A stretch of DNA of 63,095 nucleotides, counting the filler. It is 7 parts of 7 records of this genome, joined end to end, with 100 filler letters (N's around TTAATTAATTAA, not from the genome) between each part and the next. Parts side by side here need not be neighbours in the genome. Positions count along the whole stretch, not along the records: positions 27,410 to 30,779 come from SRR20825010_2465; positions 30,880 to 39,661 come from SRR20825010_2468; positions 39,762 to 58,706 come from SRR20825010_2472; 4 more parts are not named here. One strand, written 5' to 3'. The translations under genes were made by a program, and so were the position numbers. This document shows, piece after piece, positions 29,867-42,234 of the stretch (positions within the stretch are counted from its first letter, which is position 1; every line of letters starts with the position of its first letter). Under the pieces are notes generated by a model, which did no database searches, was not told the DNA's origin, and saw only the letters and a program-made list of their open reading frames with translations.

Positions 29867-30483
29867 TTGAGCCTCTCCTCGAGTTTAGCAACTGCAGCTT
29901 TGGTCAGAACCAGCGTGTCGCGACGGAGAATGTCGTACACGTTAGCACCTTGGCTTGGCAGCACGTCAACGTTTGGAATGTTCGCGACAGCACGCTTGAA
30001 GTTTTCATTCACTTCAGCGCCATCAACGAAGAGAGCATTTGCGAGGCCGAGTTTCTCGAGCTTCACTTTCAACTCTTTCGTTTTACCGTCTTTCAATTCC
30101 GCAACATCAACGATGATGAGCTTGCCGTCTGCTACTTTAGCGGACAGAGCCGATTTCAGGCCAAGCTTGCGAATTTTCTTCGGCAGGTCGAAACCGTGAT
30201 CACGCGGGATCGGGCCAAAGGCACGACCACCACCAACGAAGATGTTCGAACGGCGGTTACCGTGACGTGCGCCACCACCACCTTTTTGTTTGCCGAACTT
30301 CTTGCCAGTGCGAGCGATATCCGAGCGGAACTTCACAGCGTGAGTACCAGCACGGCGCTTTGCGAGCTGCCAGTTTACTACACGGTGCAGGATGTCTGCA
30401 CGTGCAGTTACGCCGAAGATGGCTTCATCGAGATCGATGTCACCAGCTTTTTTGGCGTCAAGTGTAAGGACGTCGGTCTTCAT
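29863..30483 (-). CDS. rplD: 50S ribosomal protein L4
   Basis: [23 protein letters not shown]. Confidence 0.98.
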   Translation of the reverse strand: MKTDVLTLDAKKAGDIDLDEAIFGVTARADILHRVVNWQLAKRRAGTHAVKFRSDIARTGKKFGKQKGGGGARHGNRRSNIFVGGGRAFGPIPRDHGFDLPKKIRKLGLKSALSAKVADGKLIIVDVAELKDGKTKELKVKLEKLGLANALFVDGAEVNENFKRAVANIPNVDVLPSQGANVYDILRRDTLVLTKAAVAKLEERLK

Positions 30484-30488
30484 GACGC

Positions 30489-30779
30489 TTATTCCTCGTT
30501 ACCTTCTGCAGCGGCTTCTGTTTCAGCAGGCGTTTCAGCCGGTGCTTCTACAGGAGCTTCTGCTTGCGCAGGTGCGCGGAATGCTGCCGGCATCGGCAAA
30601 CCTTCCGGAGCGGCTTTCTTCGCAGCGTCAGAGATCAGCACCCAACCCTCTTTCGAGCCTGGGATACCGCCTTTAACGAGGATGAGACCGTCTTCAACCC
30701 GCGTTTCAATGATTTCAACGCTTTGTACCGTCTTGCGAACGTCACCAAGGTGACCGGCCATCTTCTTGCCCTTGAACAC
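30489..30779 (-). CDS. rplC: 50S ribosomal protein L3 (5'-truncated)
   Basis: [19 protein letters not shown]; acidic Ala/Glu tail. Confidence 0.96.
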   Translation of the reverse strand: MFKGKKMAGHLGDVRKTVQSVEIIETRVEDGLILVKGGIPGSKEGWVLISDAAKKAAPEGLPMPAAFRAPAQAEAPVEAPAETPAETEAAAEGNEE

Positions 30780-30879
30780 NNNNNNNNNNNNNNNNNNNNN
30801 NNNNNNNNNNNNNNNNNNNNNNNTTAATTAATTAANNNNNNNNNNNNNNNNNNNNNNNNNNNNNNNNNNNNNNNNNNNN
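30780..30879. other. Artificial contig spacer
   Basis: N-run + TTAATTAATTAA + N-run. Confidence 0.99.
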
Positions 30880-31455
30880 CGCCGTATGGGCGAAAACATC
30901 TGGGGCCGTGCCAAGTCTCCAGTGAACAGCCGCGAATACGGCCCAGGTCAACACGGTCAGCGCCGTAAAGGCAAGCTGTCTGACTTTGGTATCCAGCTGC
31001 GCGCCAAGCAAAAGCTGAAAGGTTACTACGGTAACATCACCGAGAAACAGTTCCGTCGTTACTACGATGAAGCTGATCGCCGCAAAGGCGACACCGGTGA
31101 GAACCTGATTGGTATTCTTGAGTGCCGTCTGGACGCTATCGTATACCGTGCCAAGTTCGTACCGACCGTGTTTTCCGCGCGTCAGTTCGTAAACCACGGC
31201 CACGTTCTCGTGAACGGCAAGCGCTGTAACATCCCATCACGCCTGCTGCGTCCTGGTGACGTTGTTGAAGTTCGTGAGAAATCACGCGGCGTTCCAATGG
31301 TGATCGAAGCGGGTCAAAGCCCAGAGCGTGAGACCCCGGAATACCTGACGGTTGATGCTTTTAAAGCAACCTACGTTCGTATCCCGACACTGGACGAAGT
31401 ACCGTACCCAGTGATCATGGAACCGAACCTCGTGGTGGAATTCTACTCCCGTTAA
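30880..31455 (+). CDS. rpsD: 30S ribosomal protein S4 (5'-truncated)
   Basis: [34 protein letters not shown]. Confidence 0.98.
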   Translation, partial: RRMGENIWGRAKSPVNSREYGPGQHGQRRKGKLSDFGIQLRAKQKLKGYYGNITEKQFRRYYDEADRRKGDTGENLIGILECRLDAIVYRAKFVPTVFSARQFVNHGHVLVNGKRCNIPSRLLRPGDVVEVREKSRGVPMVIEAGQSPERETPEYLTVDAFKATYVRIPTLDEVPYPVIMEPNLVVEFYSR

Positions 31456-31499
31456 TCCGGGGGATGAACCACTTCGAAAGGTCTGGACATTCTTTAGAG

Positions 31500-31534
31500 A
31501 AGGCCGCTTGCAGATGCAGGCGGCCTTTTTCTTT
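31500..31534 (+). terminator. Intrinsic terminator after rpsD
   Basis: AAGGCCGC...GCGGCCTT stem + TTTCTTT. Confidence 0.85.
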
Positions 31535-31552
31535 GGCTGTAGGGCGGCGCGA

Positions 31553-31819
31553 TCAATCCTGAGAAGATGAGCCGCTGCGTCTCAGCTGGCGTCTACCACC
31601 GTTTCCTGAGAGTGGCATACTGTTGCGCCACGTATTGGTGCTTTTGCAGCGTCGGCAAAGCCGCTGGCCAGACCACTCGCTAAGAAAGGGTGTCTCACAG
31701 CGAAGGCAGAGCCGGTCCTTTGGGGTGTCCCATGCTGGGTGGCCGTCAGCCACCACGTGAGCGGGCCTCTGGTATGGCCTTCGGGCCTTAGTTCTATCCG
31801 TGTTCCTGATATCAATCAT
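31553..31819 (-). CDS. Small C4 zinc-finger protein
   Basis: ATG 31819 overlaps the upstream stop; CLRC-x13-CRRC with F.SEWSG.R; basic. Confidence 0.7.
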   Translation of the reverse strand: MIDIRNTDRTKARRPYQRPAHVVADGHPAWDTPKDRLCLRCETPFLSEWSGQRLCRRCKSTNTWRNSMPLSGNGGRRQLRRSGSSSQD

Positions 31820-32702
31820 CGGCGACACACTTGTCCTGCTCGCGCCGAAGCGGTTTGGCGCAGGTCCAATCGTTGCCGGTATAATTGAGATGAGCACCGG
31901 CTGGCAGTTTGATAGGGACGCAGTCGGTGCGTGTGGCGCGATATCCCCGGTCACACTTGAAGCCAGCGCCGTAGGATTCGTCCGCAAAATAGCCGTTCGT
32001 GGGGATGGGGATAAGCACGCAGGTGTTGGAGACATTCTGATACCCACGCTCGCATTTCCAGCCAAGCCCGAAGGATGATCCGGTGAGGTAAGCGTTCAAG
32101 GGTACGGCAATGGCGTTGCAGCGGTCGTTTTCCCTTTGGAAACCACGTTCACACTGCCAATCAGCTTCATATGAAGAATAGCTCAAAAAGGCGTTTTCAG
32201 GAACGTTGATGGCCGCGCATGTGTCTGCTGTCACTTGAAAGCCGCGCACACATTCCCAGCCGGAACCGTGGGCGGTGTCCGTCAGGTAGGAATTAGGCGG
32301 CAAGGTAATCTCAACACACAGGTTTTCCTGTTCCCGGTATCCGCGCTCACATTTCCAGCCAGCACCATATGTGGTCTCTGCCAGATAGGCTTTATCGGGT
32401 ATCTGGATAGCCTGGCATTCCATGCCACTTTCCCTGAAACCACGCCTACACTCCCAGCCGCGTCCATAGGATTTGTTAGTCAGATAAGCATTTGCAGGGA
32501 GCGTGACAGCAACGCACTCGTTGCCTGTTTTCTGGTAGCCGCTATCGCAATCCCAGCTGTTGCCGTAGCCTTGTGCGTGGGCGTTTGCGGGGATTCTGGT
32601 CGTTTGTTCTTCAGCCATCACAGCCGCACCGGCATATAGCAGCAGCATGGAAAGAGCGAAGACATAAGCGACAATATCGCGTGGCTTGTAAGTCGTGGTC
32701 AT
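31812..32702 (-). CDS. Secreted cysteine-rich tandem-repeat protein
   Basis: Signal peptide plus 8 repeats of about 33 aa, P-x-N-A-Y...G-W-x-C-x-R-G-[YF]...C. Confidence 0.85.
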   Translation of the reverse strand: MTTTYKPRDIVAYVFALSMLLLYAGAAVMAEEQTTRIPANAHAQGYGNSWDCDSGYQKTGNECVAVTLPANAYLTNKSYGRGWECRRGFRESGMECQAIQIPDKAYLAETTYGAGWKCERGYREQENLCVEITLPPNSYLTDTAHGSGWECVRGFQVTADTCAAINVPENAFLSYSSYEADWQCERGFQRENDRCNAIAVPLNAYLTGSSFGLGWKCERGYQNVSNTCVLIPIPTNGYFADESYGAGFKCDRGYRATRTDCVPIKLPAGAHLNYTGNDWTCAKPLRREQDKCVADD

Positions 32703-32762
32703 GGTTTTTCCTTGGGTCAAGCTTGCGCGGGCGCGGGTGCGCCAAAATGGTCCAGGGCAGGC

Positions 32763-33188
32763 TTAACTGTTGTGTCGGCGGCGAAGGCCATCGGGATGGT
32801 TTTTCTCGTGGCGCTGCGGCAGAGCATCACTCATCCACATCATGCCTTCGTCTTCCGCGCGCTCAATGGCGTCGCGGTCCGTCTTGTTAGCTAATTCTGA
32901 AGGTCTGACTGCCTGAAGCAACTTCAAGGTGGTGGTCTCATCGCGCTTGAGCGCGGCTTCTAGCTCTTTTGGTGTGATTGTGAGATATTCCATCACACCT
33001 GGATGGGCGACCTCAGCATGAAGATGCAGAGTTGCCTGCATGCGGCGGAAGGCGGGGATGAAGAGATTGGGCAACAGGTCCTCTTCATATTCCACCTTAT
33101 ATGCGCCCGCAGGCAGGCTTTTTTTATAGCCGTAAACCACAAAGGGGTGTTGGAACGTCACCATGTTTTCAGTCGTGCGTGTGATCAT
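32763..33188 (-). CDS. Hypothetical protein (TFxHPF...LPAGxY type)
   Basis: ATG 33188 after GAGAGGG; VTFQHPF, LPAGAYKVE, AFRR, AIERAEDEGM. Confidence 0.7.
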   Translation of the reverse strand: MITRTTENMVTFQHPFVVYGYKKSLPAGAYKVEYEEDLLPNLFIPAFRRMQATLHLHAEVAHPGVMEYLTITPKELEAALKRDETTTLKLLQAVRPSELANKTDRDAIERAEDEGMMWMSDALPQRHEKNHPDGLRRRHNS

Positions 33189-33249
33189 GATAGCCCTCTC
33201 GAGGGGATGATATGTCCGCGCATGGTGAGCTACTCCGTCACCGCTTGGA

Positions 33250-33387
33250 CTATTTGGATTTAGCGACGACAGGTGTATCGGCTGTTGTTGCCTTGATTTC
33301 AGCTGCAGCAGGCGCTGCATCTTTCACGGAGGCAGCTTGCTTTTTTGGGGGGCTGGTTTTTGAATTGAACATATCTTTGAATGACAT
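33250..33387 (-). CDS. 45-aa Lys/Ala/Pro-rich small protein (not in ORF track)
   Basis: MSFKDMFNSKTSPPKKQAASVKDAAPAAAEIKATTADTPVVAKSK*, AAGG SD upstream. Confidence 0.55.
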   Translation of the reverse strand: MSFKDMFNSKTSPPKKQAASVKDAAPAAAEIKATTADTPVVAKSK

Positions 33388-33604
33388 ATTAAATACCTTT
33401 TTATTAGTTCATTAAATCATTGTTTATTATGTTTGTTTTATATTTTTATTTACAATAGTTAGGAATTTTATTTATTTAATTAAATAATTTGACACTGTAT
33501 TTGTTAGTTTATTTCCCATTTATTTATAAATTGCTGCCTTGTGCATCACAGCGTTCTGTATTTATATGCGTTCGTCAAATCAAAGACTGTTTGAAGGAAA
33601 TACG

Positions 33605-34084
33605 ATGCGCGAATTGAACCTCAGGCCTGTGCGGGATGAAGATGGCCCGGCGCTGATTGAACTGATCGGCAGCATTTTTGGCGAATATGAAGGTGTCTAC
33701 CTTGAGCCAGATGGGCTGGACAGCGACCTGAACGCCTACGCAAGCTATATAGAGGCTGAAGGCGGTGAGGGGTTTGTTGTTGAAGGCGAAGACGGCCTTC
33801 TGGCCTGTGTTTCCTATAGCCAGATCGAAGGCACCCAGTATCAGCTCAAGCGCATATATCTGAGTGCTGACCTGCGTGGCTCCGGCATGGGGCTCAAACT
33901 TCTGCACCATGTGGAAACATTGGCAAAAGCCCGTGGTGCCGCAACGATGGAGTTGTGGTCCGATACCCGGTTTACCCGCGCGCACCGCTTCTATGAGCGC
34001 GAAGGCTACGTCAAACAGGCAAAAACCCGAGACCTGCACGACAGCTCAAACACCACCGAGTTTCAATTCATCAAGACGCTGTAG
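33605..34084 (+). CDS. GNAT N-acetyltransferase
   Basis: LKRIYL..DLRGSGMG, LWSDTRFTRAHRFYE. Confidence 0.88.
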   Translation: MRELNLRPVRDEDGPALIELIGSIFGEYEGVYLEPDGLDSDLNAYASYIEAEGGEGFVVEGEDGLLACVSYSQIEGTQYQLKRIYLSADLRGSGMGLKLLHHVETLAKARGAATMELWSDTRFTRAHRFYEREGYVKQAKTRDLHDSSNTTEFQFIKTL

Positions 34085-34355
34085 GTTTTGCAGTCGGTGA
34101 TTGATTTAGTTGCCTCAGAAATTGCAAATATATTCGCCAATGCGTCAATTTCGAATGAAACAAAAAAATAATGTTCTAAGTATTTGAAAATTAGTAAAAT
34201 TTTAAACTGTTCGGGTAATTCTGTGTCTTGAGGCTAGTAAGCCCTCAAGAGTAGATACAAGCACGAAACTTTGCGCTCACCATGCAAAGTCACCCTGGGG
34301 GTGATGGCTAACCAGACCTCGCTTTGACTGCACCAGCATTCCAAAGAGGTCCTAA

Positions 34356-36602
34356 ATGCTTAAGTTAAATGGGTTGCGCATATCTACCCGCCTACCACTT
34401 GTTGTTATCCTGATCGTTGTTCTCACCTCCACTGTGGTCTCGCTCTTTGCCTTTTTTCAGGCAGGTGGAGAGGTCAGTACTCAAGTGAAGGACCGGCTTT
34501 CTGCCGTGTTGGACGCCAGAAAATCTGAACTGCAGGGATATCTGTCCTCGATTGAGGAGGATATGCGTCTTGTGGCGTCAAACCCTCATACGCGGGAGGC
34601 GCTCGGTGCCTTTGCCACTGGTTGGCAGGACATGGGTGGCAACCCGGGGCCCTTGTTGCAACAGCTTTATATCGAAGAGAACCCCCATCCGACGGGCGAG
34701 AAAGACAAGCTCTATAGCGCAGGCGATGGTTCAGGCTATAGCGAGGCCCATGCGCGCTTCCATCCGTGGTTTCATGCGCTGCAACAACGCCGCGGCTATT
34801 ATGATGTTTTCCTTTTGGATATAGAAGGCAACCTTGTTTACTCCGTTTTCAAGGAGCTGGACTATGCCACCAACCTGAACGATGGCAGGTGGCGCGCCAC
34901 TGACCTTGGGAATGCATTCCGCGCGGCGATGAAGGCAGGCCCAGCCGGGAAAGACAGTTTTTTTGATTTCAAGGCCTACGCGCCAAGCCACGGCGCACCC
35001 GCGAGCTTTATCTCTCAAGCTGTTGCGGACGAAAACGGCAACACCATGGGGGTGCTGGTGTTCCAGATGCCGATTGAACGAATCAACAACATCATGCAGA
35101 AAACCGCAGGCATGGGCGAAAGCGGGGAAACCTATATCGTCGGCCAGGATCATTTCATGCGGTCCGACAGTCGCTTCTCAAAAGAAAGTACCATCCTGAA
35201 TGTGAAGGTTGCCGGTGAAACCGTGGAAGCGGGCCTGCGCGGCCAGTCAGGTGTGCAGGAAATTGAAGATTACCGCAGCATCGATGTGGTTTCTGCTTAT
35301 GTGCCGGTTGAGTTTCTCGGCACCAAATGGGTGCTGATCGGTGAGCTTGATGTGGCGGAGATGGACGCGCCTATCGTTTCCATGGGTTGGTTCCTCATGC
35401 TTATTGCGGCGCTGTTTGCACTGATCATTGGCGTACTTGGCTTTTTCTTCGCGCGCACTATCACCCGCCCGATCCACAATATGGTCGGCGTGATGGGTGA
35501 GCTGGCAGACGGCAACGACGAAGTCACCGTGCCGCACCAGGACTATAGCGATGAAATCGGCGATATGGCCAAGGCTGTTGGCATCTTCAAGGATAACCTG
35601 CTTGAGCGCAGCCGCTTGCGTGAGCAGGCCGACCGTGAAGCGGCAGAGCGTGCAGAACTTGATGAACGCCATCGCCGCGAGGAAGCGGAACGATTAGAGC
35701 AGGAGCGTGAGCGTGAGCGGGTTGAGGCCGAAGCCAAGGAAGCCCGCGTGAACGAGATGGGTGCGCTGATCGTGGCCTTTGACGAAAAAACGTCAGAACT
35801 GCTCACCACCGTTTCTGCTGCTGCCAACGAGCTTGAGCGCACAGCCCAGTCAATGACCGGCACAGCGGAGCACACGAACGAGCTGTCTGCCACCGTGGCT
35901 GCGGCGGCCGAGGAAGCCACCGTGAACGTGCAGACCGTTGCCAGCGCGACCGAAGAGCTGAGCGCCTCCATCACTGAGATCGGCCAACAGATCGAACGCT
36001 CAAACGCCGCTAATATGTCTGCCGCAGAAAAAGCGGAAGAGGCGGGCGGCGTGATGTCTGAGCTTGAACACGCCTCGCAAGAAATCACCGACGTTGTGAA
36101 GCTTATTAATGATATCGCTGAGCAAACCAACCTGCTGGCCCTGAACGCTACCATTGAGGCTGCACGGGCGGGTGACGCAGGCAAGGGTTTTGCCGTGGTT
36201 GCGAGCGAAGTGAAGTCACTGGCCGGGCAAACCGCAAAAGCAACAGACCAGATCGAGCAGCAGATCCGTGCGGTGCAGGATAAAACCTCGGTGGCCAGCC
36301 GCTCGATGGATGCGATCCGCAAAGCGGTACAGGAAACGGCAGAGCTGGCATCTGCAGTTGCAGCCGCTATTGAGCAGCAGCGTGCCGCGACGGGCGAGAT
36401 TGCCCGCAACGTGCAGGAAGCAGCCACGGGCACACAGGACGTGAACCGCAATATCGTCAGCGTGTCCGAAGGCGCGTCTGAAACCATGGCTGCGTCTGGT
36501 CAGGTGCTCACGGCGTCGCATGAGGTGTCGGGCGTGTCCACATCGCTCAAAACCTCGGTTGAAGATTTCCTCGGTAACATCCGCAACGTGATGAGGGCTT
36601 AG
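34356..36602 (+). CDS. Methyl-accepting chemotaxis protein (dCache-HAMP-MA)
   Basis: Two TMs, periplasmic GYYD.FL..., [31 protein letters not shown]. Confidence 0.95.
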   Translation: MLKLNGLRISTRLPLVVILIVVLTSTVVSLFAFFQAGGEVSTQVKDRLSAVLDARKSELQGYLSSIEEDMRLVASNPHTREALGAFATGWQDMGGNPGPLLQQLYIEENPHPTGEKDKLYSAGDGSGYSEAHARFHPWFHALQQRRGYYDVFLLDIEGNLVYSVFKELDYATNLNDGRWRATDLGNAFRAAMKAGPAGKDSFFDFKAYAPSHGAPASFISQAVADENGNTMGVLVFQMPIERINNIMQKTAGMGESGETYIVGQDHFMRSDSRFSKESTILNVKVAGETVEAGLRGQSGVQEIEDYRSIDVVSAYVPVEFLGTKWVLIGELDVAEMDAPIVSMGWFLMLIAALFALIIGVLGFFFARTITRPIHNMVGVMGELADGNDEVTVPHQDYSDEIGDMAKAVGIFKDNLLERSRLREQADREAAERAELDERHRREEAERLEQERERERVEAEAKEARVNEMGALIVAFDEKTSELLTTVSAAANELERTAQSMTGTAEHTNELSATVAAAAEEATVNVQTVASATEELSASITEIGQQIERSNAANMSAAEKAEEAGGVMSELEHASQEITDVVKLINDIAEQTNLLALNATIEAARAGDAGKGFAVVASEVKSLAGQTAKATDQIEQQIRAVQDKTSVASRSMDAIRKAVQETAELASAVAAAIEQQRAATGEIARNVQEAATGTQDVNRNIVSVSEGASETMAASGQVLTASHEVSGVSTSLKTSVEDFLGNIRNVMRA

Positions 36603-36637
36603 AAGCCGCTCAAGGCCAGCCTTTCAAGGAGTTGAAT

Positions 36638-37405
36638 ATGAGAAAAACACAGAAAAATCAGCAATATGCGGCGGCAGCCAAGGCGCAATCGGTGCCAGGA
36701 ACGGCCAGGCTCAAGCGCGCCCTGTTGTGGCTTACCATCGGCTTTGGTGTTGCCGGTGCCATGGCGCTGAATGCGGGCGGTGCGCGGGCGCAGGATAGCT
36801 CTGGCCTGTCCCTTTCCGCCAATGCGGCGATCACAAGCGATTACCGCTTCCGGGGTATCTCGCTCTCGGACAAGGATTTTGCCATTCAGGGCGGTTTTGA
36901 CGCCGAGCATGAAAGTGGCTTTTACCTGGGCACATGGGGCAGCTCGATTGAGAGTTACGCAGGTTCCGAGTTTGAGCTGGATATTTATGGCGGGTACGCA
37001 AGCGAGATTGGCGGCTTGTCCACCGATATCGGCCTTTTGGCATACACATATCCCGGTTCAAGCGGCACCTATTATCTTGAAGTATATGGCTCTGTGGGTG
37101 GTGAAATGGGGCCTGCAAGCTGGACGCTCGGGGGTGCCTATGTCTGGGCGCAGGAAAACACCGGCGACGCAGATAATATCTATCTCTATCTGGACGGTGA
37201 GATGCCGCTTGGCAACAGCCCGTTCTCCCTCATGGGGCATCTGGCCTATGAAGACGGCGCCTTTGGCAGCAACAAGTGGGACTGGAACGCAGGCGTGGGC
37301 TATAATTTTGAGCAGTTCACCTTGTCGCTTCAATATGTGGATACCAATGTGGATACCCGCGAAGGCAAGGGCGGGGTTGTGGCTATGTTAAGCGCCAGCT
37401 TCTAA
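36638..37405 (+). CDS. TorF/TIGR02001-family outer-membrane beta-barrel protein
   Basis: Signal peptide, SDYRFRGIS, AIQGG.D, ELDIYGGY, terminal F. Confidence 0.88.
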   Translation: MRKTQKNQQYAAAAKAQSVPGTARLKRALLWLTIGFGVAGAMALNAGGARAQDSSGLSLSANAAITSDYRFRGISLSDKDFAIQGGFDAEHESGFYLGTWGSSIESYAGSEFELDIYGGYASEIGGLSTDIGLLAYTYPGSSGTYYLEVYGSVGGEMGPASWTLGGAYVWAQENTGDADNIYLYLDGEMPLGNSPFSLMGHLAYEDGAFGSNKWDWNAGVGYNFEQFTLSLQYVDTNVDTREGKGGVVAMLSASF

Positions 37406-37593
37406 ACCTATTGGGAGCAGGCGCCATCAGGCGGGGCGGGCGTGCAGCTATGCGCGCCCACTTCTTTTATGTTATGTGTGGCTTTGATATTCTGCAGCTC
37501 ATTTTTTCGGGTCGCTTTTTCTGGATCGCTTTTTCGGGGAAAGCCCTTGCGAGCACGCGCCCGGGGGCGTACATAAGGCACTTCAACTTAACT

Positions 37594-39547
<1,954 letters not shown>

Positions 39548-39558
39548 GTGACATTGGC

Positions 39559-39578
39559 GTGCCCGCGAAGGCGGGCAT
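39559..39578 (+). terminator. Hairpin after thiC
   Basis: TGCCCGC GAAG GCGGGCA; no U-tract. Confidence 0.45.
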
Positions 39579-39591
39579 AGCCTACCGGACA

Positions 39592-39661
39592 CGTCATTCT
39601 CGCCGCCATGCTTGTCATTCCGGCCCTCACTTCCGTCATTCCCGCGCAGGCGGGAATCCAG
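39592..39661. repeat. REP-like GTCATT repeat cluster at the contig end
   Basis: Three GTCATTC starts; the last is GTCATTCCCGCGCAGGCGGGAATCCAG (ATTCCC-N8-GGGAAT palindrome). Confidence 0.75.
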
Positions 39662-39761
39662 NNNNNNNNNNNNNNNNNNNNNNNNNNNNNNNNNNNNNNN
39701 NNNNNTTAATTAATTAANNNNNNNNNNNNNNNNNNNNNNNNNNNNNNNNNNNNNNNNNNNN
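39662..39761. other. Artificial contig spacer
   Basis: N-run + TTAATTAATTAA + N-run. Confidence 0.99.
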
Positions 39762-39762
39762 C

Positions 39763-40407
39763 CAGATTCTGCTCGCCGACGAAATCAACCGGGCAACGCC
39801 ACGAACACAGGCATCGTTGCTCGAAGCGATGGCGGAAGCCCGCGTCACCGTCGACGGAAAATCCTACACGCTCAATCCGCCGTTCTTGGTCATTGCAACA
39901 CAAAACCCTGTCGATCACGAAGGCACGTTCCCTCTTCCAGAGGCACAACTCGATCGTTTCTTGATGCGGTTCTCTCTGGGTTACCCATCGATCGAAGAAG
40001 AATTGCGAATGCTTGATCTGCTGCAATTCAAACATCCGGTTGATTCGATGACCGCCGTTGCTACCGCCGAACAATTGGTCGCGGCGCAGCAAGCGATTCG
40101 ATCCGTTCACGTCGACCCACGTGTCCGACACTACTTGCTTCAAATCGTTCACCAAACTCGGAACAACGAAAACCTCGCTCTCGGAGGCAGTCCCCGAGCA
40201 ACGATCGCGTTGTTCCGATGCAGCCAAGCGATGGCGGCCATCCGCGGTCGAACCTTTGTTACCCCCGACGATGTCAAGAAGATCATCGCACCCGTCATGA
40301 ATCACCGATTGATCCTTCGACCCGAAAGCCGCCTGCGAAAGCTGACCACGGAAAAAGTCCTGGAAGAAATCCTCAGCGAAATCGCGGTGCCAACCATCTC
40401 ATCATGA
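39763..40407 (+). CDS. MoxR-family AAA+ ATPase (5'-truncated)
   Basis: [32 protein letters not shown]. Confidence 0.93.
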   Translation, partial: QILLADEINRATPRTQASLLEAMAEARVTVDGKSYTLNPPFLVIATQNPVDHEGTFPLPEAQLDRFLMRFSLGYPSIEEELRMLDLLQFKHPVDSMTAVATAEQLVAAQQAIRSVHVDPRVRHYLLQIVHQTRNNENLALGGSPRATIALFRCSQAMAAIRGRTFVTPDDVKKIIAPVMNHRLILRPESRLRKLTTEKVLEEILSEIAVPTISS

Positions 40408-41819
40408 CGGACAATGGCAACGCAGCGGATTCCACTTCCGGTCCGCCCGCTCCTTCGCGTTGGCTGACGATCGTTGTCGTGTGCGCGATCGTTGTCTTCT
40501 TGGGAATGGTCGCCGGTGCAGGATTGTGGATGACCGCCGCGATCACCGTTGCCTCCGTCGTCGCAATCGGCAACTGGGTCGCAACTCAGTGGTCCGCCGG
40601 AGTCGTCGCCGTCCGTTTGGACTCGCCCGAAGAAGGCCGTGATCTCGAGGTCGTGATTGGATCGTTGATCCCCGTCACCGTCGAAGTCACCAACCAAGGC
40701 AAATTGCCCGTCGCGTGGGTCTTGGCCGAAGATTTGATTCCTCGCGGAGCGACACAACAAGCTCGCCAAGCGGACGGCATGGTACTCGACCCACGCACCA
40801 CGCCGCTTCCCATCGAAGGCGCTCGGTTGGCCGTCATGGCATTGTTGCCTGGCCAATCCAAACGCATTGAATACTCGGTGCGTTGTCACCGGCGTGGATA
40901 CTTTCAGATCGGTCCGACGGTGTTGGAAACCGGCGACCCAGTTGGAATGTTTCGCCGTTATCGGTTGGGGGCACGCCCCATGTTTGTGACTGTCCTTCCC
41001 AAAGTCCAACTGCTTTCAACCTATGAAATTGGCTCGCGTCGACCCATTGGCGAGATCAAAATCCGTGCCTCTTCGATGACCGATCCAACACGTCTGCGAG
41101 GCATCCGGCAATGGCAGATCGGTGATCCATTGCGCAGTGTTCACTGGGCGGCCACCGCCCGAACCGGAACGCTGCATAGCAAAGTCTACGAGCCATCTTC
41201 CGTTGCCGGCGCGACAATCATTCTGGATCTGCACGTCGACACCAATCCCGACCAACACGAACCGCTTCGCACTGACCTGACGATCACGACCGCGGCTTCC
41301 ATCGCGGCGGCGCTGCATGATGCGGGCGAGCCCTTTGGATTGGCGACAAACGGCCGAGATGCCGCCGATCGAATTCGAACCGAAGGTTTCCGAGGGGACC
41401 ACCGGGTGCGAGATGCTTCTGTGAAAGCCGCTTCCCTGAAACAACTCAACGAACGATTGCGACCAGTCATTGTCAACGTCGATCGTGGGCCGGTGCATCT
41501 AAAAGAAATGTTTCGAACGCTGGCACGTCTCGAACGCACCGATGGCCTGACACTGGCCGAGTTCCTCGTGGAAACTGAATCGCAGCTTTCCAGCGAAACG
41601 ACCATGTTGGTGATGCTGCAGCAAGCCACCGAAGCCGACATCGCCGCGTTGGTTGGTCTATCACGTCGCGGATGGGCGATCGCCGTTGTGATCAACACAC
41701 TCGACATCGATCGCTATTCCCGCATGGCCGGTCCGCTGCTGGCCGAACGCATTCACGTCAGCCATTTACAAAGCGAAGACAGCATCATGGACGTCTGCCG
41801 AGCCCAGATGGCTCGCTGA
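40404..41819 (+). CDS. DUF58 domain membrane protein
   Basis: N-terminal TMs, [31 protein letters not shown]-coupled to MoxR. Confidence 0.9.
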   Translation: MTDNGNAADSTSGPPAPSRWLTIVVVCAIVVFLGMVAGAGLWMTAAITVASVVAIGNWVATQWSAGVVAVRLDSPEEGRDLEVVIGSLIPVTVEVTNQGKLPVAWVLAEDLIPRGATQQARQADGMVLDPRTTPLPIEGARLAVMALLPGQSKRIEYSVRCHRRGYFQIGPTVLETGDPVGMFRRYRLGARPMFVTVLPKVQLLSTYEIGSRRPIGEIKIRASSMTDPTRLRGIRQWQIGDPLRSVHWAATARTGTLHSKVYEPSSVAGATIILDLHVDTNPDQHEPLRTDLTITTAASIAAALHDAGEPFGLATNGRDAADRIRTEGFRGDHRVRDASVKAASLKQLNERLRPVIVNVDRGPVHLKEMFRTLARLERTDGLTLAEFLVETESQLSSETTMLVMLQQATEADIAALVGLSRRGWAIAVVINTLDIDRYSRMAGPLLAERIHVSHLQSEDSIMDVCRAQMAR

Positions 41820-42234
41820 AGGAAACTGCCGTTCCAAGCGATGGTCAAAACTCGCTTCAAGCCGGCAGTCTCCATAGACCATTTGCGTCGTCTAAACAGA
41901 GCAAGAAGGTTTTTCACTTCTCTATAGCCTTGTCACCAAACATGGTTTCCGAGCAAAACCGACCGACAAACGTGATTCGTTGCCGTAGTCGACGAAGCGA
42001 ACCGCTCGCAAAACGTTTACGTTTGAGTTGAAATTCGGCCTTGGTAAGAATACGTTTCAATCAGATTCGGTTGCGAATTTTGATTGATGTTCGCATCCCG
42101 ATTCCGCCCGCCCCTCTTCCCACCACTTACGACGTTCCGCGAAGCCTTCACCGAGCGACCACGACGGCGCCGCTCGCCTGCTGCTTCCTCCCACGTCGCA
42201 AGGCCCGCCAACCTGGGCCACAGCGTTTCCATAG

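Noticed and set aside
31812-32620. CRISPR array or DGR-like DNA repeats
   Set aside because: The periodicity is at the protein level only; no identical DNA repeats with spacers, and no cas or reverse transcriptase gene anywhere in the window.
34226-34330. c-di-GMP-I/II riboswitch upstream of the MCP
   Set aside because: The conserved GGCAAA / GNRA-receptor and class II core motifs are not recognisable; kept only as unexplained hairpins.
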